This document shows, in pieces, positions 18,649 to 25,713 of a stretch of 64,000 nt of DNA. A program made the translations under genes and the position numbers. The stretch comes from Candidatus Uhrbacteria bacterium (GTDB taxonomy: Bacteria > Patescibacteriota > Patescibacteriia > JACQRZ01): assembly GCA_016206155.1 (NCBI GenBank), contig JACQSC010000004.1, positions 7,450 to 71,449 on the forward strand, written 5' to 3'. Below the pieces are notes generated by a model. That model was not told the origin of the DNA. It made no database searches and was given only the letters and a program-made list of their open reading frames with translations. Position 1 is the stretch's first letter. Each line of letters starts with the position of its first letter.

Positions 18649-18704
18649 GCACAAAACAATACTTGATAGTAAGATCCCCTGAAAAATCTCTCCCGTAAAA
18701 AGTT

Positions 18705-19235
18705 ATGCAAAAAATGTATTTTATCAGTGGCGTTTCCGGTGTAGGCAAAACCGTTGTTATGGAGCATCTCAAATCGCTCTTATCGGATGGCTATGAAGTT
18801 CACGACTTTGATGAACGTGGTGTTCCTGATAACGCAGACCATACATGGCGATTAGATGAAACACGAAACTGGATAGCTCTTGGGCACAAGAAAGCTGAAG
18901 AAAATATTAAGCTCGTCATTTGCGGATTTTCAAATCCTGACGAAATAGATGAGATAGTGAAGGAATTTCCCAACCTAAAAGTACAGACAATCTTACTGGA
19001 TGGAGAGGATTCTATCATTGAACAACGTCTGCGAAAACGCAACGAGGACACCGCCGCAAGAGTAGACCTGGAGCGTGCGGTAGGACGATCTGCGGATGCA
19101 TTCATAGAGAGCAATACGAAATTCGTTCCCATCTTGCGAGAAATATGTCATCGCCACAATTGTCCCACAATCGACACATCTCATCTGGATCCGGAGATGG
19201 TTGCAGAGAGAGTTGCGGGGCTCATAGAGCAATGA
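18705..19235 (+). CDS. P-loop NTPase, small-molecule/nucleotide kinase-like (CPT/zeta-like fold)
   Basis: Walker A GVSGVGKT near the N-terminus, about 176 aa, Walker B-like LVICGF. Confidence 0.55.
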   Translation: MQKMYFISGVSGVGKTVVMEHLKSLLSDGYEVHDFDERGVPDNADHTWRLDETRNWIALGHKKAEENIKLVICGFSNPDEIDEIVKEFPNLKVQTILLDGEDSIIEQRLRKRNEDTAARVDLERAVGRSADAFIESNTKFVPILREICHRHNCPTIDTSHLDPEMVAERVAGLIEQ

Positions 19236-19279
19236 TGCGGTAGATAACAAAACGTGTCCGTTGAATCTGGAACCATGAT

Positions 19280-19489
19280 GTGATAGAATATAAAAATATG
19301 AATCAGACGAAGGAAAAAAAACTTACCCAAGCTCAAAACCGTTTTGTAAAACGTTTTATTGATATTGCCTATGAGAACATGGCAATTGAAAGAGAGGCGC
19401 CATTTTCGCGCAGGGAAGCGTATCAACGCTACCATAGAGACGCCCTTGATCTTATCGAGGATGGAACATATAAAACCATACGGTTTTAG
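19280..19489 (+). CDS. hypothetical small protein
   Basis: ORF only. Confidence 0.3.
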   Translation: MIEYKNMNQTKEKKLTQAQNRFVKRFIDIAYENMAIEREAPFSRREAYQRYHRDALDLIEDGTYKTIRF

Positions 19490-19564
19490 CTATGACAAAA
19501 ACCCCTGTCACCTATAAAGAAACATTGCAGGGTATTCTTACGGTGCGAGAGATTGAGAGTATTG

Positions 19565-20008
19565 TCATTGCCGCACGCCCTGTTGTACCACTGCGCCAGA
19601 TGAATGGATATATTTTTTACTCGCGATATAAAACGCAATAACTGCCAAAACAAAACTAGCGTGTTCCACGGTGAATTCTGATCCGGCGATCATTTGAAAA
19701 ATACGATACCCCCCTCCAACCACTACAAGGTAAAGCGTCGCAAGTTTTGCGACCTCGCCACTATCTGTGATGATATATTTTTTATTCACATAGCGAGCGG
19801 AATACATCGCTCCGAGCCAATACACCAGGGGCATAAGAAGTAAATAGACAAAAGCGAGTAAGTCAACACCACGTTCAATGTTTTCGCCAAAACCTAATCT
19901 CAAGACTGCAACCATAATAAAATAGAGGATGAATGACGGGACGACACCGCCTGTCAACCAATGAGTAGCGGCGACATACCAACGCGCGGATTGTTTTTCT
20001 TCGCTCAT
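19565..20008 (-). CDS. hypothetical integral membrane protein (4 predicted TM helices)
   Basis: Hydrophobic segments in the translation. Confidence 0.5.
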   Translation of the reverse strand: MSEEKQSARWYVAATHWLTGGVVPSFILYFIMVAVLRLGFGENIERGVDLLAFVYLLLMPLVYWLGAMYSARYVNKKYIITDSGEVAKLATLYLVVVGGGYRIFQMIAGSEFTVEHASFVLAVIAFYIASKKYIHSSGAVVQQGVRQ

Positions 20009-20013
20009 AGAAT

Positions 20014-20496
20014 TTAGAATGATTCACCTTTACAATTTGTTTGTGACTTAAAAACTTCTTCTGACAGAGCGGGAGTTTGGTATACTGTTTTCGATGAATC
20101 GATACAATAAAATTTATTCGAATGAGAGGATGTAATCCTAACCACATACATATCTTTTGTTGAAGCTACGGCGTAATCAAGCTGAATGTTTTTTTTCTTT
20201 TCCAGCGTGTCAATTATTTTTTGGATGGCATCATTATTATCTTGGTCCGCGGTAAAATTGGCGTAGCTTTGATTGTTTTTGTCATACCAATCATTAAACA
20301 TGAAGGGCATCCCCGACATTGCTACTTCTATTTCCGCATCAATGAGTTTTGCGCTGGCTTCTTGAGCAAAGGTATTCATCTCGGCCTCTTTATTTTCAAT
20401 AAAGGCCGTTTTATTTTCGACAAAGCGCGCTCCAAAAACAAGTACGAACAGAATAACAACGCCTATGCACAATACGATAATAACTTCCTTTTTCAT
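20014..20496 (-). CDS. hypothetical membrane-anchored extracytoplasmic protein
   Basis: N-terminal TM anchor VIIVLCIGVVILFVLVFG; 6-nt gap to the downstream membrane protein gene. Confidence 0.5.
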   Translation of the reverse strand: MKKEVIIVLCIGVVILFVLVFGARFVENKTAFIENKEAEMNTFAQEASAKLIDAEIEVAMSGMPFMFNDWYDKNNQSYANFTADQDNNDAIQKIIDTLEKKKNIQLDYAVASTKDMYVVRITSSHSNKFYCIDSSKTVYQTPALSEEVFKSQTNCKGESF

Positions 20497-20603
20497 AAAT
20501 GAGGTAAATCGAGTTAGTAGAATGATAGCGCTCTTTGAAATGACTGTTTTCCCCTGTTTCCCCTGGCCCTGTTTTCCGTTTTGCCCGATCCATGATATAA
20601 ATT

Positions 20604-20885
20604 TTATTCCCTATCAATAACTCTGTCCCTTCTCATACCATCAGCAATATACCTCTTCATAAGCGCTTGGTATGGCATATCGAGCACGTTCGCCCGCTCC
20701 TTTACGCCCGAAAGAATGTATTCGGGCAGTCTCAGTGAGATAGATCGCGTTGAGTGCCGAAGATTCGGGAATGATACGGGAATAAAATCGTTTTTCTCAA
20801 AATATTCAGAGAGATCGAGGTTAGAGAAAAACTCAAATTCTTTCTTCTTATTCTTCAGTTTTGGAACCGTAAATTTTTTCTTCAT
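20604..20885 (-). CDS. brnA: BrnA-type antitoxin (CopG/RHH-like)
   Basis: SISLRLPEYILSGVKERANVLDMPYQALMKRYI matches the BrnA_antitoxin pattern; overlaps brnT. Confidence 0.75.
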   Translation of the reverse strand: MKKKFTVPKLKNKKKEFEFFSNLDLSEYFEKNDFIPVSFPNLRHSTRSISLRLPEYILSGVKERANVLDMPYQALMKRYIADGMRRDRVIDRE

Positions 20886-21168
20886 AGAGATATCGTTCCT
20901 TTCGATTCAAGTCCCGCGCGGAAATAACTCGAATCCGCTTATTTCTTATTGTGAATGCCACGTAGAGCGCGCGCGTCCTGGCAGTGCTGCCGATTAAAAT
21001 AAATCGCTCCTCCTTATTCGTGGAATGGCTCCGATTGTTGAAGATACGCTTCTGTGGGTCTGAAAAGATTTGCTCGCACTCAACAACGGTTACCCGATGC
21101 TTTTCCTGATTCTTTTGTATATTCCACTCGTCCCACTCAAATTCTTGATAGATGCTAAAATCAATCAT
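20848..21168 (-). CDS. brnT: BrnT-type ribonuclease toxin (DUF497)
   Basis: FEWDEWNIQKNQEKHRV...FSDP DUF497 signature. Confidence 0.8.
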   Translation of the reverse strand: MIDFSIYQEFEWDEWNIQKNQEKHRVTVVECEQIFSDPQKRIFNNRSHSTNKEERFILIGSTARTRALYVAFTIRNKRIRVISARDLNRKERYLYEEKIYGSKTEE

Positions 21169-21264
21169 ACACTAAGTGTATATCGCGTAGATATACTTGT
21201 CAAGGACGGTATTTAAAAAGAGGCAATACCGTCTTTGTCTGGTACGTACCGTTTCGGGTACTTT

Positions 21265-22080
21265 TCAGCTTCGCCGAGTTGAGGTAAGTCCCTGCATTGC
21301 CGCGATCAGTAAGAACGCACCGGCGCCGACAAGCACAATTGTTGCGCCAGAAGGCCAATCAAGCATATATGAAAGAGCAAGACCAAGTATGACGAAGCAT
21401 TCTGCCCCAACGATACTCCAGACAACCATCTTACGAAAGGACCGTGCGATCATCTTTGCAATGGACGGCGGTACAATGAGAAGCGCGCTGACAAGAATGA
21501 CTCCAAGCAATTTTACGCCCAATACTATTGCAACGGAGACAAGGATATAAAAAAGAAGGTCGAGAGGGCTCGTATTCACCCGATAGAGCCCTGCCGTTTC
21601 TCGATCAAGCGCAAGCAGCGCAAACTGCCGGAAGTAGGTAATAAGCACGCCGATAATACCTGCGGAGAGTGGAAGGATCACCCAAAGATCTTGAGCGCGT
21701 ATTGAAAGAATATTGCCAAACAGAAAGCTCAATAATTCCGGCTGATACCCTCGCTGCATGCTCATGAGGATCAGGCCGAATGAAAGCGCGCCGGTAAAAA
21801 GCACACCGACCAGTGCATCTGAAGAAATGGATGTCTTGCGCTCCAAAATATAGACCAGGATGCCGGTACTGACGCCGACCGCCAACGCGACCGGAAAAGG
21901 ATTCACGGCCGCAACAATACCGATAGCGATACCGGCAAGTGATGCGTGCGCAATGCCATCGCCCAAGAATGATAATTTTCTCAAGGTTACAAAGGTGCCT
22001 AGGAACGGCAAAACTGCGCCGAGCGCGAGTCCGGCGACAAGAGCTTTTTGCATGAATGGAAAAGTAAAGATGTCGAACAT
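21265..22080 (-). CDS. znuB: metal (Zn/Mn) ABC transporter permease, ABC-3 family
   Basis: ABC-3 permease TM pattern; start moved to MFDIF because the track N-terminus MSSRRRPGS is the translated REP hairpin. Confidence 0.85.
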   Translation of the reverse strand: MFDIFTFPFMQKALVAGLALGAVLPFLGTFVTLRKLSFLGDGIAHASLAGIAIGIVAAVNPFPVALAVGVSTGILVYILERKTSISSDALVGVLFTGALSFGLILMSMQRGYQPELLSFLFGNILSIRAQDLWVILPLSAGIIGVLITYFRQFALLALDRETAGLYRVNTSPLDLLFYILVSVAIVLGVKLLGVILVSALLIVPPSIAKMIARSFRKMVVWSIVGAECFVILGLALSYMLDWPSGATIVLVGAGAFLLIAAMQGLTSTRRS

Positions 22081-22087
22081 TTTTAGT

Positions 22088-22115
22088 CTGGATCCCGGCC
22101 TTCGCCGGGATGACA
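22088..22115. repeat. REP-like hairpin CTGGATCCCGGCCTTCGCCGGGATGACA (copy 1 of 3)
   Basis: Near-identical copies at 29567..29594 (+) and 42701..42728 (reverse complement). Confidence 0.85.
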
Positions 22116-22116
22116 A

Positions 22117-22833
22117 TTACTCTTTGTGATGATAGTGGGCGGCTTCTTTTCCATACAGTTCCGTAAGCGTTTCTGCGGTGAACACATGTTCAGGCTTTCC
22201 ATCGCAGACAAGTTTTTTATTAACGCACAGAACAAGATCGGCAAAATTCGCAACAACATCCAATTCATGAGAAACCATTACGATTGTTGTGTTGTACTCA
22301 CGGTGGAGATACGCGATCAGTTCGTAAAATGTCTGCTCTCCTCCGACATCAACGCCTGAGACCGGCTCGTCAAGAAAAAGCACCGCCGGATCCGAGAGCA
22401 TCGCGCGACAGATAAGCACGCGTTGGAGCTGACCACCCGACAGTGTGCCCAAATGAATATCGGCGCGCCCATCCATATTGAGGCGATGAAGATATTCCAT
22501 AATCTCTGTGCGGCTTCGGCCCGGATGCGACATGTGCAAGATTTCAAAAACAGTGATGGGAAATGTTTTATCAAAGGAAAATCGCTGCGGTACATAACCA
22601 ATCAGCGTCCTGCTCTCCTTTGGCGGTTTGCCTAAGATCAGAACGTTTCCACCAGCCGGTGCGAGCAAACCAATCATTATTTTCAAAAGCGTTGTTTTTC
22701 CCGATCCGTTTGGCCCCACCAGCGCACAGATGCTTCCGTGGGGAATATCAAACGACACTCCTTCAAGCGTCTTCTCGGCGGAGGTATAGGAAAAGGATAG
22801 ATTGTGAACTTCGATGGCGTTGAGCGTCTTCAT
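22117..22833 (-). CDS. znuC: metal ABC transporter ATP-binding protein
   Basis: VGPNGSGKTT, LSGGQLQRV, LFLDEP; start set at MKTLNAIEV. Confidence 0.9.
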   Translation of the reverse strand: MKTLNAIEVHNLSFSYTSAEKTLEGVSFDIPHGSICALVGPNGSGKTTLLKIMIGLLAPAGGNVLILGKPPKESRTLIGYVPQRFSFDKTFPITVFEILHMSHPGRSRTEIMEYLHRLNMDGRADIHLGTLSGGQLQRVLICRAMLSDPAVLFLDEPVSGVDVGGEQTFYELIAYLHREYNTTIVMVSHELDVVANFADLVLCVNKKLVCDGKPEHVFTAETLTELYGKEAAHYHHKE

Positions 22834-22837
22834 TGGA

Positions 22838-23755
22838 TTACTTTCTGCTCGCACGCACGGCACCAAGCACCTGTTCTGCATTATACCTCATGAGTTCTCC
22901 ATACGTAAGCCGTCCGGGTACACCACCCAATGGATCAAGTGTTGCGATGCCGAGATTGTTCTCTTCGGCAAAACTCTTGACAGCAGATGATGAGAGCTGC
23001 GGTTCGATAAAAAATGTTGCAATCTTTTTTTCCTTAACGACGTTTGCCAATTGGGCGAGATGGCGCGGGGTTGGCTCCTCTGCCACAAAGGGCTCGAACG
23101 CGCCGGCTATTGTCAGTCCGAGATTTTCGGCAAAGTAAAACCACGCGTCGTGGAACACTAAAATCGGCGCTCCGCGATAGGGTTCCATCTGTGCTTGCAG
23201 CTCTTGTTCCGCGCGCGCTAAATCGTTCTTGAGCTTCTCTGCATTCTCGCGATACATTGATGCATTCTCTTGATCAAGAATACTCAAATACTCTGCGATG
23301 GTGTCGGTGATGATGCGCGCGTTTCCAAAATGTAACCAGTAGTGCGGGTCACTCGGCCCTTCATCCTTCTCAATACTCTCACGAATCTGAACGCCTCGAT
23401 CAACGATGGCAATAGAACTCCCCGGGATGGCATTGGTAACCTGAAGCGCCCACGCATCAAGACCGTGCCCAACAGCAAAAATCGTCTTTACACCGGAAAG
23501 ATCGGAAAGAATTTTTGGCGTCAGTTCAAAGTTGTGTTCCAGTGCGCCTGGCGGGACAATCAGTGCGACATCCGCATTGGAACCGGCAACCGTTCGAACC
23601 AGATCATAGAGCGGATAGATGGTTGCCGCAACGCGCAATCTCAGCGATTGAGGCGCCATCTGTTCACGAGGATTTTTTTGAAAAACAAGAACGCCTGCGC
23701 CCATAAGCACAAGAATTCCCAAAACGACGAGAGTAAAACGATAACCGTGCACCAT
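22838..23755 (-). CDS. znuA: metal ABC transporter substrate-binding protein (TroA/ZnuA-like)
   Basis: Cluster 9 SBP layout, signal/TM N-terminus, His-rich metal-site region. Confidence 0.8.
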   Translation of the reverse strand: MVHGYRFTLVVLGILVLMGAGVLVFQKNPREQMAPQSLRLRVAATIYPLYDLVRTVAGSNADVALIVPPGALEHNFELTPKILSDLSGVKTIFAVGHGLDAWALQVTNAIPGSSIAIVDRGVQIRESIEKDEGPSDPHYWLHFGNARIITDTIAEYLSILDQENASMYRENAEKLKNDLARAEQELQAQMEPYRGAPILVFHDAWFYFAENLGLTIAGAFEPFVAEEPTPRHLAQLANVVKEKKIATFFIEPQLSSSAVKSFAEENNLGIATLDPLGGVPGRLTYGELMRYNAEQVLGAVRASRK

Positions 23756-23788
23756 ACAATAATTGAATCATTATGATACAATTATTCT

Positions 23789-23808
23789 AATGCAAATTAG
23801 TTGCATTT
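23789..23808. promoter_or_regulatory. 7-6-7 inverted repeat AATGCAA-N6-TTGCATT about 35 nt upstream of znuA (candidate Zur/metalloregulator operator)
   Basis: Direct reading; position relative to the znuACB operon start. Confidence 0.35.
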
Positions 23809-24061
23809 GTCAAATGTCGCGTTACTGCAGAGAACACCCCGCTGGCTTGCTGCAGGCGTGAGTTTACTCAAAAATCTGAGATTTCAATTTTTTTGCTTCC
23901 TCGACAAAAAAGTTTTTCCACTCCTGGTGATCGATTGGCTTGAGCATGCGCGGATAGTCGACCATCTCCGATGCTTCAATCAATCGAGCGCCAAGATCAA
24001 TGGCGGATAGATGCCAATCAAATTTTGCTTTTGCCTGGAGAAAAAGATGCTCAAACGTATA

Positions 24062-24535
24062 TCACTTCTTTCGGATGATAAAAAAGAGGTCGATATAATC
24101 GCGCGCGCGCGCTTTGAGGACAATGGTATGAACCTTATCAACCGCAATGTCATAGATGCTCTCTATTTCAAGATTTCCAAACAAAACACCCTTCTCAATT
24201 CTTTGAAAGGGATAGTAGTTAAAGTCAACTTTTAACACTTCCCCGTCGTTGAAATGTAAAAAAAATGAATGGAGACCAAGAAAACGCTTTGTTTCAATCG
24301 AGGCGATTGAAAGCTTGGAGGCAGTCCTGCCAAAAAACTCTGAAACGCGTAATGGATTCACCTCACTCTTTTCGGTAAAGAGATTGAGGTCTTCCGAGTC
24401 GCGATGGTGGAGATAAAATTCGGAAAGCGCCGTACCACCTGCGAGATAATACCGCGCGGTAAAATACGGTTCATTGGCAATGTGTTCGAGAACTTCTTTC
24501 TGATGTGGCGTTAGGATCGATGGTGGTTTGGCCAT
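24062..24535 (-). CDS. AbiEii/DUF1814-family nucleotidyltransferase toxin, N-terminal domain only (truncated)
   Basis: YLAGGTALSEFYLHHRDSEDLNLF matches the GGTAL...R.S.DlDl nucleotidyltransferase motif; 157 aa against about 300 expected. Confidence 0.55.
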   Translation of the reverse strand: MAKPPSILTPHQKEVLEHIANEPYFTARYYLAGGTALSEFYLHHRDSEDLNLFTEKSEVNPLRVSEFFGRTASKLSIASIETKRFLGLHSFFLHFNDGEVLKVDFNYYPFQRIEKGVLFGNLEIESIYDIAVDKVHTIVLKARARDYIDLFFIIRKK

Positions 24536-24729
24536 AGCAATAGTTCAAGATATCTCCGATAAGCAGGATCAATCCGGTCAGAAATGATCGGCCAATACTT
24601 TTTTAGTTCCCGCTCGTTTAGCTTATCTCCCTCTTCACCATAATGAATCATCTGCTCTAGGCGCCAAATTTTGTACTTCTCGGGATCGGCTTTTTTCATT
24701 GCCTCCTCATCAACTGACCAATTATACAT
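24511..24729 (-). CDS. hypothetical small protein upstream of the AbiEii-like gene (possible antitoxin remnant)
   Basis: ORF overlaps the AbiEii-like start by 25 nt. Confidence 0.3.
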   Translation of the reverse strand: MYNWSVDEEAMKKADPEKYKIWRLEQMIHYGEEGDKLNERELKKYWPIISDRIDPAYRRYLELLLWPNHHRS

Positions 24730-24964
24730 AGATCGTTCATTATGAATACTTTAAGTATAGCATAGATCAACAGGAAAATCAAAGCAGTCAACGGCAGTAA
24801 AAAATGCTCAGCCCTCCTTCTCGACGACCGGTAGTAAAATAACATCTGTCAGAGTCGGCAAATGGGTGCTCCCATCACTACTCAATCGTCCTCATTACAA
24901 TAAAATCGTATTGCAAATAGCTCAATTTGTCGATAGGATACATGCAGAACTAATTTTTTACTGG

Positions 24965-25282
24965 ATGAAAAAAATATCTGTGTGCCATGGAAAAAAATGC
25001 GGGTACGCTGGCGCCGTACAGCTCATGCAAACACTCAAAAATGAATATGAGAGCGGGGGTGTTCCAGTTGAAGAGCGCGGATGTTGCGGCCGCTGCGAGC
25101 GGCATAACACGATTGTCGTGCTGGACGACAACAATACTGAGATTATCGTCAGCGACTTAAACCCCTCAACCATTCAAGAGCAATTTATCGATAACCCCGC
25201 AATCGCAATTGCGCGCGAGAGAGAGGAAAACGCTACCGCGACCGCAAAACTGGACGCGGCGCTTAACGATGATATACTATAA
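24965..25282 (+). CDS. thioredoxin-like [2Fe-2S] ferredoxin family protein
   Basis: CHGKKCGYAG ... GCCGRC cysteine pattern; start placed at MKKISVC. Confidence 0.5.
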   Translation: MKKISVCHGKKCGYAGAVQLMQTLKNEYESGGVPVEERGCCGRCERHNTIVVLDDNNTEIIVSDLNPSTIQEQFIDNPAIAIAREREENATATAKLDAALNDDIL

Positions 25283-25287
25283 ATAGT

Positions 25288-25713
25288 ATGGGCTTGTTTT
25301 CAAAAAAATCATCCTCCGCAAAAAATGTTCCGGCGATGCCGCCGTTGTTTACTGATGCGCGACAGGAGGGTCGCCACTGGAGTCTGTTTGACGAGGGACA
25401 GCTGCTTGTCGACATGTATGAGACTGACGACATGATTGTCATCCGCTCATTTGTTGCCGGGGTTGATCCGGATCATATAGAGATTTCGATGCATAACGAT
25501 ATGCTCACCATCCGCGGTACTCGACAGGATATGGAGGAAATTCACGATGATCGATTCTACCACCGCGAATGCCATTGGGGAACTTTTTCCCGCTCGGTCA
25601 TTATTCCAAAAACAATCGATCCGGACCGCATTCGCGCCCTCTTCAAAAATGGTGTTGTTACAATTCTTTTGCCAAAAGCACATCCGAATGAACCATCCGT
25701 CTCCTCATCGTAA
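25288..25713 (+). CDS. Hsp20/alpha-crystallin family small heat shock protein
   Basis: ACD domain pattern (VDMYETDDMIVIRSFVAGV...GVVTILLPK). Confidence 0.9.
   Translation: MGLFSKKSSSAKNVPAMPPLFTDARQEGRHWSLFDEGQLLVDMYETDDMIVIRSFVAGVDPDHIEISMHNDMLTIRGTRQDMEEIHDDRFYHRECHWGTFSRSVIIPKTIDPDRIRALFKNGVVTILLPKAHPNEPSVSSS

Noticed and set aside
22081-22116. MSSRRRPGS N-termini on znuB and on the 2-hydroxyacid dehydrogenase (29558-29605)
   Set aside because: Identical peptide on unrelated proteins because both ORFs read through the same REP-like hairpin. Starts moved downstream.
25547-25687. N-terminal extension of the VanW ORF overlapping the Hsp20 gene in another frame
   Set aside because: The extension has no VanW similarity. 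The start was moved to the Met preceding the TM helix (25688).
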